From Christensenellaceae bacterium (lineage in GTDB: Bacteria > Bacillota > Clostridia > Christensenellales > UBA1242): a DNA stretch of 64,000 nt. The stretch is from positions 559,430-623,429 of the forward strand of contig JAISKJ010000003.1 of NCBI GenBank assembly GCA_031260975.1, given 5' to 3'. A program made the position numbers and the translations under genes. Shown one piece after another: positions 46,926 through 56,516 of the stretch. The notes under the pieces were generated by a model, which worked only from the letters and a program-made list of their open reading frames with translations, searched no databases and was not told the DNA's origin. The stretch's first letter is position 1, and the number at the start of each line of letters is the position of its first letter.

Positions 46926-47666
46926 CTAAAACTGCTTAAGTTTTACGCCAAACTTATGATTGAAGTTGGATGTCATAAAACCAAGAGCGTCGTTTAAAAT
47001 GCTTTCTTTTATTTTGATTGTTTTAAGTGCTTCAAATTGTGTGTTGCCAAGTATCCTCATACTCGACTGAACTGCCGGCGGAATTGGTATAAAATAAGGC
47101 TTTTTACAGGCTGTGCAAACCACTTCGCCATCATCAGGATTAAGGTATGCTCCGTTTAAAAAAGCCTGATTACAAGCAGCGCATTTTAAAAGGTTAAGCC
47201 TAAACCCCTCCATAGCCATTACGTCACACAAAAACTTCAAAAGCACAAGCTTTGGCGACAAGCCTTCATAACACAAAACTCTGAGTGCTTTTAAAACAGT
47301 TAAAAATAACAGGCCCGACCCAGCACCTTCACGGCTTAAAGTTCTGGCTACCTCAAGCACCTCAAACCCTCCCGTAAGCTTATCCATATCAAGCGTCAGG
47401 TCAAAAAAACTATCGATTGGGTTGGCTCCGGTCAAAACATACATTCCGCCCTTTGACGCAACCTCAAAATCGGCAAAACAAAAAGACTGAGCATAGGGCT
47501 TAAGCTTGCTTTTTTGAAGTTTAACACTTCTTGCCACAGCCGTCAAGAGCCCCTGCTCAGCAGTTAATATACTCAATAATTTATCATTTTCCTTATAATC
47601 CCTGCTAGAAATTACAATTCCTCTAAAAGTTGTTTCTTTCAATTGATTTTCCTTTCTATCACTCAA
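46926..47666 (-). CDS. recO: DNA repair protein RecO
   Basis: OB-fold N-terminus (GIVISSRDYKENDK), zinc motif CAAC...CTAC, position after era. TTG start overlaps the upstream stop. Confidence 0.9.
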   Translation of the reverse strand: MSDRKENQLKETTFRGIVISSRDYKENDKLLSILTAEQGLLTAVARSVKLQKSKLKPYAQSFCFADFEVASKGGMYVLTGANPIDSFFDLTLDMDKLTGGFEVLEVARTLSREGAGSGLLFLTVLKALRVLCYEGLSPKLVLLKFLCDVMAMEGFRLNLLKCAACNQAFLNGAYLNPDDGEVVCTACKKPYFIPIPPAVQSSMRILGNTQFEALKTIKIKESILNDALGFMTSNFNHKFGVKLKQF

Positions 47667-47854
47667 GCTTGAAGAGTAGGAGTATCGTTTTGGAGGGCTA
47701 GTGCTTTGGCATAATCATCACGCTCTTGTTTGGTAAGCAAATAATCCTGATATGCAACCGGCAATTCTTTGCCTGTCGGCACACTCAATACTCTTTCCAT
47801 GTCGCTCCAAACCTCACTATCAAGTTCCTTTAAACGTGGGTCTATAATGCTCAT
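47663..47854 (-). CDS. hypothetical small protein (63 aa) between era and recO
   Basis: SD AAGGGGGAG, coupled to recO. The position corresponds to the yqzL slot in Bacillus, but I see no sequence resemblance. Confidence 0.45.
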   Translation of the reverse strand: MSIIDPRLKELDSEVWSDMERVLSVPTGKELPVAYQDYLLTKQERDDYAKALALQNDTPTLQA

Positions 47855-47987
47855 AATCTTCTCCCCCTTTGTCTTAATATTATATGCAATAAACCAGATT
47901 TAAAACCGCGTTTTTACTCCTTTCATTTTTTGCTTTAATAAATAACACTATTTTTAGCCCATTTTTTACATAATTTTCGTGCCAAAT

Positions 47988-48890
47988 TCATATTTCTTTT
48001 TCGTTATAGCCAATTTCGGCAAGAAATGCAGGATCGTTTCTCCAGCCCTCTTTTACTTTGACAAACAGGTGAAGGTCAACCTTGCTTCTGACAACCTTCT
48101 GAATACTTACGCGGCTCGCGTGCCCTATTTTTTTAAGCATACTGCCGTGTCTGCCTATAATAATACCCTTATGACTGTCCTTTTCGCAAATTATAGCAGC
48201 ATCAATCGTAGTAAGTTTCTCTCCCTCTTCATACTTTTCAATTGCTACTGCAATACCATGCGGAATTTCTTTATCCAAAAAGTAAAGTGATTTTTCTCTG
48301 ACAATCTCACCAACAATAAATCTGAGGGATTTGTCGGTATATAAATCATCGTCAAAGTATCTGTCTTTTTCGTCAATTTCAGGAACATATTTAAGCAGCT
48401 GCTCAATCAACTTGTCAAGATTCTGATTTTTTAAGCTCGAAACAGGTATAATATCTCTCACCTTTTCAAGATTGTTAAGCTCACTGAGTTTAATAAACAA
48501 GTCTGCTTTTTTAACCAAGTCTATTTTTGTTATAGCCAAAATAAGAGGAGCATCTTTTGCGTATCTGTCAACCATCTCACGGTCCTCATCTGTCCATTTT
48601 TTAGTGCCGTCAACGGCAAGGATAATTACATCAACGCCGGCAACTGCTCCTTTTATTCCTTTTTGCATAAAACTGTCGAGCTTGGTCTTGGCGGTGTTGC
48701 TGCCTGGAGTATCTACAAAAACAAGCTGATGCCCTGTGCCGTTTAAAATCCCCAGAACATTGTTGCGGGTGGTTTGCTGTTTAGGCGAAACAATAGACAC
48801 CTTTTCTTTAACCAAGGCGTTGACTAAAGTACTTTTGCCCGCATTGGGCTTGCCCACAATTGCAATAAAACCACTCCTAATCTTCATCAC
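47988..48890 (-). CDS. era: GTPase Era
   Basis: GKPNAGKST, DTPG, TKID, C-terminal KH domain. Confidence 0.95.
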   Translation of the reverse strand: MMKIRSGFIAIVGKPNAGKSTLVNALVKEKVSIVSPKQQTTRNNVLGILNGTGHQLVFVDTPGSNTAKTKLDSFMQKGIKGAVAGVDVIILAVDGTKKWTDEDREMVDRYAKDAPLILAITKIDLVKKADLFIKLSELNNLEKVRDIIPVSSLKNQNLDKLIEQLLKYVPEIDEKDRYFDDDLYTDKSLRFIVGEIVREKSLYFLDKEIPHGIAVAIEKYEEGEKLTTIDAAIICEKDSHKGIIIGRHGSMLKKIGHASRVSIQKVVRSKVDLHLFVKVKEGWRNDPAFLAEIGYNEKEI

Positions 48891-49374
48891 TCTCCCTCTT
48901 TATTCGGAATTTTTTTAATACTTCTTCTTCAAGGCCCCGCATAATAAGCTGTTCCTCAGGCCTTATGTGGTCAAAACCAAGCAAGTGTAAAAATCCATGA
49001 ACAATCAAATAACAAAGCTCTCTGTGCTCGCTGTGTCCGTTTTCTTGGGCCTGTTTTTTTACAACCGTTTTACATACGGCAATGTCCCCCAGATGCAAAT
49101 GTTTTGTCTCCTGATTTATGTCACTGAGATGCTCTTTTTTATTTATCCTGGTGCCGGACACAAGCTTTAGCGCAGGAAAACTCAAAACATCAGTAACCTC
49201 ATCTTTATTTCTGTGTTTTTTGTTAAGTTTTTTTATTTCAGCCTCATCCACAAAATTAATGTCTACGCTTATTTTTTTATATTTTGCACCCGAATATTTT
49301 ATAGCAATCTTAAATAACCCCTTCCACAGCTTATATTCAGTTTCTGTTACAGGTTCATTACAAGTTATTATCAT
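48877..49374 (-). CDS. ybeY: rRNA maturation endoribonuclease YbeY
   Basis: Metal-binding motif HGFLHLLGFDH. Confidence 0.9.
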   Translation of the reverse strand: MIITCNEPVTETEYKLWKGLFKIAIKYSGAKYKKISVDINFVDEAEIKKLNKKHRNKDEVTDVLSFPALKLVSGTRINKKEHLSDINQETKHLHLGDIAVCKTVVKKQAQENGHSEHRELCYLIVHGFLHLLGFDHIRPEEQLIMRGLEEEVLKKFRIKRESDED

Positions 49375-49375
49375 A

Positions 49376-49912
49376 TTAAACTCCGTTTATTTTTTCTTTT
49401 ATGTTAACTATCAAACTTCCGCCCCAAATTATCACCGAACACATACTCAGGTCAAACTGACTGATAAGCAGCCGCTCAACCTCGTTGTGGTCTATATCAG
49501 TTTTTAGACTATACTTCTTAATATTTTGTGCATCAAGAAATTCTATGATTTGTGCCGAAGTTACGTTTTGTGTTCCATATACTTTTACAGAAAACACAAA
49601 CAGGTTTGAAACAATTAGCAAAAGCATAACGCAAACAAGCCCCAAGCTCACGCCGATTTTGCGTTTTAGAAATAACCCTAAACCGCAAAGCCCTGATGTT
49701 TTCTGCACGGTTATAGTATAACACATTTGTGAACTTTGGGCAAACAGTTTGTGCTTATCAGTTATGGGTGTGCTCAACAAAATGCGGTTATACTCCGGTC
49801 GCACCAGATTTTTTATTGTTATATTTTGCTTCATGAGCTGCGCTATAAACTTTTCAAGATTAAGGCCTTTAATTTCTACTCTCACATACCCCAAAATAAA
49901 GTCAAGCATCAA
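49376..49912 (-). CDS. yqfD: YqfD-like sporulation protein, short form (178 aa)
   Basis: LGYVRVEIKG.N.EKF...., one central TM helix, position after yqfC. Roughly half the usual YqfD length (~390-400 aa, from memory). Confidence 0.6.
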   Translation of the reverse strand: MMLDFILGYVRVEIKGLNLEKFIAQLMKQNITIKNLVRPEYNRILLSTPITDKHKLFAQSSQMCYTITVQKTSGLCGLGLFLKRKIGVSLGLVCVMLLLIVSNLFVFSVKVYGTQNVTSAQIIEFLDAQNIKKYSLKTDIDHNEVERLLISQFDLSMCSVIIWGGSLIVNIKEKINGV

Positions 49913-50184
49913 TTTACCTCCGAACTCAGAATATTTCCTGTTATAAGAGCTGAACCATGCATAAGCTCTTTTATTACAAGCTTCTCCCCCGCAATTTTGA
50001 TGGCACCCTTTTTAAGCTTCATCATAATCTGAGTTTGACTAAACGATAAAATACTTTGCATACCTTCTACATACATAGCCTTAGAGTTAAAGTTAACAAT
50101 CCTATAGCCATCACTTAGCAGGCTCATATCCAGCCCCGTGAGTTTAGTTATCTCTTCTAAAAATGCTTTCACTTTACACCTCAA
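49909..50184 (-). CDS. yqfC: YqfC/YabP-family sporulation protein (start uncertain: TTG 50184 or GTG 50172 after GAGGTG)
   Basis: ~90 aa with the YabP-like pattern (RIVNFNSKAMYVEG...IAGEKLVIKEL..GSALITGNI). Overlaps the yqfD start. Confidence 0.7.
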   Translation of the reverse strand: MRCKVKAFLEEITKLTGLDMSLLSDGYRIVNFNSKAMYVEGMQSILSFSQTQIMMKLKKGAIKIAGEKLVIKELMHGSALITGNILSSEVN

Positions 50185-50314
50185 TTATATATATTTATTT
50201 TCTGCCGGCATCATTACTATAAACAATAAAAAGAATCTAATCACATGATAATTTATAAACTCTTATGACCGAAAAAAATCCACAAGCGCAATTCAAAGGA
50301 CTCTTTGTATGGAT

Positions 50315-50338
50315 GAAAAAAGAAGGCACGCGGCCTTC
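50315..50338 (-). terminator. terminator of 50351..50878
   Basis: Minus strand: GAAGGC cgcgt GCCTTC followed by T6. Confidence 0.7.
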
Positions 50339-50350
50339 ATTTTATAATAA

Positions 50351-50878
50351 CTAAAATCTGTCGTTTACGTCCTTGTTAGTTTTGCTGTCAAGCACATTTC
50401 CCACAAGAAGTCTCTTCATTTCCGGTGATAAATTTCTTAAATCATCCGCTATTTCGGTGCCGGTGCCCATAGGTGTACGACGCCCGAATCTATTGGCATC
50501 AAAACTGCTGTTATAGGCCGTATCATCACTTGGGTCATCATAATTTCGGTCATCATAAATCGTTGTTCGTGACTGCATCGGTCTCAACGGTGCCGCCATA
50601 CTCTGTCTTACAGTTGACGCCATACCGCTGGTTTCCTTTCTGGTCTGCTCTTTCAGTGTTTCAAACTCCTGCTTCTGATTTTGGGACGTAAGCAGCACAG
50701 GCCGCTGAAGCCTATCACTTTTCTTTTTTATAGGCTCTTCTGCCGGACTGTCTTTGACAGGTGAATATTTGGGACCTTTGGTTTTAAATTTACCCTTCAG
50801 CTTTGGCACAATAACTATAATAAGGCACAGCACAAATACGCTGCAAAAAACTATTAACGCTATTTCTAAACCGCCCAT
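50351..50878 (-). CDS. membrane-anchored, largely disordered hypothetical protein (175 aa)
   Basis: N-terminal TM helix followed by polar low-complexity sequence. Terminator at 50315..50338. Confidence 0.5.
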   Translation of the reverse strand: MGGLEIALIVFCSVFVLCLIIVIVPKLKGKFKTKGPKYSPVKDSPAEEPIKKKSDRLQRPVLLTSQNQKQEFETLKEQTRKETSGMASTVRQSMAAPLRPMQSRTTIYDDRNYDDPSDDTAYNSSFDANRFGRRTPMGTGTEIADDLRNLSPEMKRLLVGNVLDSKTNKDVNDRF

Positions 50879-50982
50879 AACCGCCTCCCTCCTTTCTTAC
50901 TTTAATGCAAAGCAGACTTTTCGTAAGATGTGATGTGAACTTTAAAATTGTGAAAGATATATTATGTACACTGCATATCTCT

Positions 50983-52011
50983 TTAACCTCTGGGTGGGAA
51001 CCCGCTTGTTGTAGTCGTCTTTTTATCGGTGCTCGAAAGCGACTTTCTCATGTCGGTGTCAGCTTCAAGGTTACGCATACGATAATAATCAAAAAGTCCC
51101 AACTGTCCGTTTTTAAATGCTTCTGCTATGGCCTTCGGAAGCTCAGCTTCAGCCGCAACCTTCAGCGCTGTCATTTTCTGAGTTTCCGCCTTCATTTCTT
51201 GCTCGGCGGCCACACCCATACTTCTTCGTTTTTCAGCCTCGGCCTGCGCTATACGCTTGTCAGCCTCAGCTCTTTCAATCTGAAGCCCCGCACCAATGTT
51301 TCTGCCAACGTCAATGTCAGCTACGTCAAGCGACAGCACTTCAAAGGCTGTTCCTGTGTCAAGACCCTTGGCAAACACGGTTTTTGATATAAGGTCGGGG
51401 TTCTGCAAAACCTCTTCATGGTTCTCTGCACTACCCACAGTAGTTACAATACCCTCACCAATACGGGCAATAACAGTTTCTTCTCCCGCACCACCAACCA
51501 ACTTTGCAATGTTACTCTTAAGAGTTATACGCATCCTAACAACCAGCTCAATACCGTTTCGGGCAACCGCACTTACAGGAGGCGATTCAACAACTCTTGG
51601 GCTTACACTCATCTTAACAGCTTCAAGCACATCACGCCCGGCCAAGTCAATAGCCTTGGCTGTATCAATGCTAAGCGCAATTCGCGCGCTGTGGGCCGCA
51701 ATCAAGGCGTTTACAACCTTGTTCACGTCTCCGCCCGCCATAAAGTGTGTTTCAAGCTCATTTACGTCAAGCGTAAGACCTGCCTTTTTTGAGGTTATAT
51801 ACGCTTCAACAATCATCTTTACATTAACCTTTCGCAACTTCATACCCACAAGCCTGAGCATGGACATATGTGCCCCTGACACCAGAGCTCTGAACCAAAT
51901 TTTGATTGGAACCATTATGATGAAAACAATGAATACTATCAACAGTACTCCTATTATCACCCATAGCCACCATAGGTCCGCAGCAGTTGCCGCCAGCATA
52001 CTAGTTTTCAT
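50983..52011 (-). CDS. floA: flotillin-like protein FloA
   Basis: UPF0365/YqfA pattern: N-terminal TM, SGAHMSMLRLVGMKLRKV, SPFH-like core. Downstream of nfeD. Confidence 0.9.
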   Translation of the reverse strand: MKTSMLAATAADLWWLWVIIGVLLIVFIVFIIMVPIKIWFRALVSGAHMSMLRLVGMKLRKVNVKMIVEAYITSKKAGLTLDVNELETHFMAGGDVNKVVNALIAAHSARIALSIDTAKAIDLAGRDVLEAVKMSVSPRVVESPPVSAVARNGIELVVRMRITLKSNIAKLVGGAGEETVIARIGEGIVTTVGSAENHEEVLQNPDLISKTVFAKGLDTGTAFEVLSLDVADIDVGRNIGAGLQIERAEADKRIAQAEAEKRRSMGVAAEQEMKAETQKMTALKVAAEAELPKAIAEAFKNGQLGLFDYYRMRNLEADTDMRKSLSSTDKKTTTTSGFPPRG

Positions 52012-52171
52012 ATTATCTTCCTCTATCTCCTTTTCTTTTATCTAGTTGATTCATACGTAAGGTTGTGTGTATGTCTCTGAATTATTCTGCAGCTGTTATA
52101 TGCGCTGCTATTTAGGCTTTAAAATTGTAAGAACACAAAAATTTTATACCTTTTCTGTGTGACCCCTACCC

Positions 52172-52705
52172 TTACGCCTTTGTCACAAAAATTTTGTCTG
52201 TATTAACTTCTACAACAACAACATCGGTACCCTTAACCAAAAGACCTTCTCTTGCCCAAACCTCAATTTCGCCTCTTCCTTCAAGCATAACCTTTCCAAT
52301 CGGTCTTGCCGAAGTAACCAGAGTTCCTTTTTTGCCAAGTAACTCCGCTTCTTCTGCTTTCATGTCCGCATAGTCTGTCGGCACAGCCGTGCCCTTTTGT
52401 ATGATAGGCGTTTTTGATATAAATCCTTTTTTAGAAGAAGATATCATAATCGCAAACCCAATTGCACAAACTGCTAAAATCAATGCCACCATAATAGTAA
52501 TTTGAGGAAATGACCCGCCATATACTGCTCTAAGCACTACGCTTGCCGTAAGACTAACCAACCCCAAGATGCCGCATACTCCAAAACCCGGAATAAAGAA
52601 CTCAACCATAAGCAAAACAAACCCTAAAACTAAAGTAATCCACGAAGCCGGCGGCATCTCACTGAACAGTGTTGCAAATTCGCCAAGCAGCAATGTTTGA
52701 TTCAT
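52172..52705 (-). CDS. nfeD: NfeD-family membrane protein
   Basis: Three or four TM helices followed by a C-terminal OB-fold-like soluble domain (GKKGTLVTSARPIGKVMLEG...V). Paired with floA. Confidence 0.8.
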   Translation of the reverse strand: MNQTLLLGEFATLFSEMPPASWITLVLGFVLLMVEFFIPGFGVCGILGLVSLTASVVLRAVYGGSFPQITIMVALILAVCAIGFAIMISSSKKGFISKTPIIQKGTAVPTDYADMKAEEAELLGKKGTLVTSARPIGKVMLEGRGEIEVWAREGLLVKGTDVVVVEVNTDKIFVTKA

Positions 52706-52710
52706 ATTAG

Positions 52711-52718
52711 CCCCCCCC
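52711..52718 (-). repeat. G8 homopolymer (minus strand) serving as the nfeD Shine-Dalgarno region
   Basis: AAAGGGGGGGGCTAAT ATG. Confidence 0.85.
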
Positions 52719-52969
52719 TTTACTCTCAGATTTTAAAGCACAAGTATAACACAACCCTTTATTAGCGACAATTAAAACAAACAGTATTTGGTTGTGTTGA
52801 AATCTGCCTTCGCTCGACCATTATTCGTGCAAGCACCACACTCGTCTCACTCAGCCAAATTATAACACATATTAAATCAAAAAGGAATAGGTTTTTAAAA
52901 ATTCTTTTCAAAAAAATAAATCTTTTTTCATGTTCAGACAATAGAGTAAATCACTTTTTACTCCTTATT

Positions 52970-53116
52970 CTATGATTCTTTTCCGTCGGCTATCTGAATG
53001 TACTCCATGAACCGCCCCGAAACCAGCGTTCTTATCGCCGCATGAAAAGACCTCTTTCTATCCTCAAAAAATATTTCCTTTTTTATCAGGTTAAAGCTTG
53101 CCAAGTGCTTGACCAT
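52970..53116 (-). CDS. small ORF (48 aa) translationally coupled to 53116..53325
   Basis: My own translation: MVKHLASFNLIKKEIFFEDRKRSFHAAIRTLVSGRFMEYIQIADGKES. It is below the ORF-track length cut-off. TGATG overlap with the upstream ORF. Confidence 0.25.
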   Translation of the reverse strand: MVKHLASFNLIKKEIFFEDRKRSFHAAIRTLVSGRFMEYIQIADGKES

Positions 53117-53325
53117 CAACATTTCCTCTTCCAACACAACTCCCTTACCACGTCTTCACCGTCGTCCTCTGCATAGATTTGTTTAAACAATTCTATTTCC
53201 TCGTCTACCAACTCCTTCAGAGCGGATATTATTATTGTGTCTATATAGTCAATAACCGTTCCTTTCAAATATTTGGCGGCTATCAATCCAAGAATAACCC
53301 GGCACTTAGTGGATTTTGAAAACAT
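53116..53325 (-). CDS. small ORF (69 aa), possibly a remnant of a disrupted gene
   Basis: Track ORF with no SD. Its stop overlaps the next ATG (TGATG). An upstream fragment lies in another frame. Confidence 0.3.
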   Translation of the reverse strand: MFSKSTKCRVILGLIAAKYLKGTVIDYIDTIIISALKELVDEEIELFKQIYAEDDGEDVVRELCWKRKC

Positions 53326-53463
53326 AACGCTGTTTATTATTTCACCCAGAAAAATGTCATTCTGTTTATTTTGAAACTTTTCATGGTTTTATCTCTTTCC
53401 TTTTTGTCGGCCTCGGCAAGGGTACTGTCCATTCCGTTCAAAAACTCATCAAAGCTGACTTTC

Positions 53464-54342
53464 CTAATGTCTGTCCAAATCTAACTTTAGGTTTTGCACA
53501 CTATAAAAAATATACTGCTGCGCAACGCCTGCGTATTTATGATTAAAAATTACGTCGGCTTTAATTTTTCCCATGCTCTCTATAGCCCTTTTGATGTGCA
53601 CATCAACCGGTGCAGTATCAAGACGATGAAAAGCAAACAGCATTATACAGTTTGCCACTTTGGGCCCAACTCCCATAATCTGCAAAATACGCTCACGCGC
53701 AGGAGTTTTGACTAAAATATCGTTATATTCACCGGCAAGTTGTCTTGTTGCTTCATACAAATATTTCGCCCTATACCCAGCTCCGATTTTTTCAAAAAAC
53801 GATATATCAGCTTTAAGCAATTGTTCAAGCGTAGGAAAGGCATAAAAGCCTTCCATTTTTGTGCCCAAGCCGCTGCACATGCGTTCAATTATTCCTTGAA
53901 TGCGCTTTATGTTATTGTTTGCCGAAATAATAAAGCTGATAATCACTTCAAACAAATCCTGCCTCAAAATTCTAATGCCGCTGCCGCATTCTATAACTGC
54001 GCTCATATATTCATAACCCGACATTTCAGGTTCATTTTGCGCCATTTCTGTGCCAAGCCCCGTTATTTGGCTGTCATAATCTATGCCCAGAAGTTGACGT
54101 TTGATTTCGTCATAATCTGTATCCAAGTCAAAATAATTATAAAAATAATCGGTGTTAGAACTTATAATTTCTACCCTGTCGGAGTAGGTAAAAATCTCCG
54201 CTTTGTAATTTTTTGAAAACACTGTCCAGCGGTCGCCGAGATTTTTAAATCTGAACACCTGCCCGCACTCCAAAATCTGTTTAATGTCAAAATCAGCAGT
54301 GTCCGATATGATTATTTTATCCTTTGTTTTTGTTATGTTCAT
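53464..54342 (-). CDS. ogg: 8-oxoguanine DNA glycosylase / HhH-GPD family (OGG-type)
   Basis: ILECGQVFRF N-domain, HhH-GPD GVGPKVANCIMLF...D.APVDVH. ATG 54342 lies 6 nt after a TATAAT box. Confidence 0.8.
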   Translation of the reverse strand: MNITKTKDKIIISDTADFDIKQILECGQVFRFKNLGDRWTVFSKNYKAEIFTYSDRVEIISSNTDYFYNYFDLDTDYDEIKRQLLGIDYDSQITGLGTEMAQNEPEMSGYEYMSAVIECGSGIRILRQDLFEVIISFIISANNNIKRIQGIIERMCSGLGTKMEGFYAFPTLEQLLKADISFFEKIGAGYRAKYLYEATRQLAGEYNDILVKTPARERILQIMGVGPKVANCIMLFAFHRLDTAPVDVHIKRAIESMGKIKADVIFNHKYAGVAQQYIFYSVQNLKLDLDRH

Positions 54343-54348
54343 ATGCCC

Positions 54349-54377
54349 ATTATACAACAAATTTCGACTGTTGTAAA
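54349..54377 (-). promoter_or_regulatory. ogg promoter (leaderless candidate)
   Basis: TTTACA, 17 nt, TATAAT, 6 nt (GGGCAT), ATG 54342. Confidence 0.5.
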
Positions 54378-54568
54378 CATGAATACAGTACCATAATTAT
54401 AATATTTCTAATCATTATTAACGGCTTATTTGAAACAAAAAAAACGGCACCAGACCGTTTTTTGAAGAACACAAAAAAATGTAAAACAATTTTTTTAGGC
54501 ATACAAAAACAAATTGTTTTATAATTTTTCTTTAGGAACGCAAGAACAAATTATTTTACAATTTGTTC

Positions 54569-56083
54569 TTATAACACTTCTAAATTCTTTCCATAAACCC
54601 GCCTAAAGTCCAAACCCACTTTAAGCGCTTCTCTTACCTCTATTGAGGCATCGCCCGTAACTATGGTTTTCATAATTACACTGTCGCCCAAAACGTCACA
54701 GCTAATATCCTGCACAAGGCTGCGGTGAGTTTTGTCAAGAGCCTCGGCAATACGCACAACTATAGCAAGTTTCTTTACCGCTGCCAAATCCTCGTTTTCA
54801 ATAAACAAACTTTGATACTTTACCCATTCAGTTACACTAAAGTCGCCAACGTCCTGACTTGATGCCACAAAGGCTGCAAGCACAATTTCACGCTGACTTG
54901 CCCCCTGAATATCAGAATTAAGGATAATATTAAAGCTGTTTTTTTCGTGGTTTTTAAAACGTATACGTTCGCCGCAGTCATACATGATGGAGGCAATTCT
55001 CAAAACTTTCAGATAACCTCTTGGGAGCTTGTGCAAAACCTTAAGCTGTCTGAAGAGTATCAGTGCCAACTCTCCCACCTGCTTTGCGTTATTTTCTTTT
55101 TTGCCATAAAACCCGTTTATGGTGTCAAGACTAAAGCCCAGCAAGTCCGAAATCGGTTTTTCGTTGGTAACAGGCACAGCCTTGTTAAAGAGTATGCCCT
55201 CCTTAAATTCTTTTTCGGATATAGTGATATTTTCAAGCTTTACAAAATCGGCAACAGCTCTGGCGATGCATACGCCGCTGGCCAAAACATCCGCCCTGTC
55301 GCCGCTGATACCCTTAATCTTTTTAGTTTTGTCAAGATCAAGCGGCGCTATCAAATCATAGACATCTTTTATATCTTCCTTGCTCAAAACATAGTTATGT
55401 TCAAGGTCAAGCGGATAGCGTTTAAGCTTACGGCTAAGCTTTCCGATATTTAAAAAAGCCTGACCGGCGCCCACAAAAGCATATTCGGGGTCGAGATTTT
55501 CAAGCCACGGAATACTCTTAAGCTCATTTTTAAAATACTCCACCATGCGCTTACACACTTCATGAGGTTCTTCTTTGGCTGAGCCAAACATTTGCGTAAG
55601 ACTGTATGCTCCCACCGGAATTGTAGCCTGATTCAAAACATTTCTTCGGTTGTAGTATACAAAATTAGTGGCACTTCCCGTTATGTTAATGACAAGCCCT
55701 TTAGGTATGTCTAAAGTGTTTATAACGCCGGTATATACTGCCATTACTTCTTCTTCGGCAGTCAGAATTTTGAACTTAAATCCGCAAGCAGTATAAACTT
55801 CCTCAAAAAAACTGCGTTGGTTTTTCATATTTCTCACGCTGTGAGCAGCCACCGCAATAACATCGGTGACCTTGTTTACGTCACAGATGGTCTTATACAT
55901 TTTGAGAATTGTCAAAGCATCGTTTATTTTTGCCGGCTTTATAAAGTTATCGCTTGTATCCTCAAAAAACTTTATGGTTTCACTCATCTGGTCAAAAACC
56001 GAATAATTGCCGCTTGGCAACACATCGGTAAGTGTCATGTCTATGCTTGTCGTTCCCAAATCTATTATAGCAATCTTCTCCAA
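54569..56083 (-). CDS. Ppx/GppA-family exopolyphosphatase with C-terminal HD-like domain
   Basis: IAIIDLGTTS ASKHA phosphate-1 motif, 504 aa. TTG start after AAGGAGA. Confidence 0.85.
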   Translation of the reverse strand: MEKIAIIDLGTTSIDMTLTDVLPSGNYSVFDQMSETIKFFEDTSDNFIKPAKINDALTILKMYKTICDVNKVTDVIAVAAHSVRNMKNQRSFFEEVYTACGFKFKILTAEEEVMAVYTGVINTLDIPKGLVINITGSATNFVYYNRRNVLNQATIPVGAYSLTQMFGSAKEEPHEVCKRMVEYFKNELKSIPWLENLDPEYAFVGAGQAFLNIGKLSRKLKRYPLDLEHNYVLSKEDIKDVYDLIAPLDLDKTKKIKGISGDRADVLASGVCIARAVADFVKLENITISEKEFKEGILFNKAVPVTNEKPISDLLGFSLDTINGFYGKKENNAKQVGELALILFRQLKVLHKLPRGYLKVLRIASIMYDCGERIRFKNHEKNSFNIILNSDIQGASQREIVLAAFVASSQDVGDFSVTEWVKYQSLFIENEDLAAVKKLAIVVRIAEALDKTHRSLVQDISCDVLGDSVIMKTIVTGDASIEVREALKVGLDFRRVYGKNLEVL

Positions 56084-56159
56084 ATCATTATCTCCTTAAA
56101 ACAATGCCAAAGTATATCACAAAAAAATAAGTTTGTACATACCCTTTTATTTGGGGTAG

Positions 56160-56330
56160 TTACTCCTTGTCTTCAATTGCTTCAACCGGACAGACACCTA
56201 TGCAGGAGTGGCAGCCAATACATTTTTCGGGGTCAATCTTAGCCCTGCCGTTTTCCATAGTTATAGCTCCTACAGGACAAATACCCATGCAGCCGCCGCA
56301 GCCGATGCATTTCGTTTTATCTACTTTCAT
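56160..56330 (-). CDS. 2x[4Fe-4S] ferredoxin (56 aa)
   Basis: My own translation: MKVDKTKCIGCGGCMGICPVGAITMENGRAKIDPEKCIGCHSCIGVCPVEAIEDKE. Two CxxCxxCxxxCP motifs. SD GGAGGA. Below the ORF-track cut-off. Confidence 0.85.
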   Translation of the reverse strand: MKVDKTKCIGCGGCMGICPVGAITMENGRAKIDPEKCIGCHSCIGVCPVEAIEDKE

Positions 56331-56516
56331 TCTTTTCCTCCGTATGATGGACTTCTCAAAGTTATCCTATTCTAGCATAATTTAAAAACGTTGTCTACAA
56401 AACTGAACAAAAAACAAATAAAGAGACCGCCCTTGCACAAAAAGTCTCTGCCTTTTTGTGTGCCCTGCCATCAGGCAGGGCACCGGCTTGCCCGAAGGCA
56501 AGCCGCAAGGGCGCTC

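Noticed and set aside
51296-52045. 249-aa plus-strand ORF antisense to floA
   Set aside because: This is a shadow ORF of the conserved floA gene. Its Ser/Thr/Ala/Ile-rich translation has no motif.
53740-54216. 158-aa plus-strand ORF antisense to ogg
   Set aside because: This is a shadow ORF with no SD, whereas the ogg frame carries clear HhH-GPD motifs.
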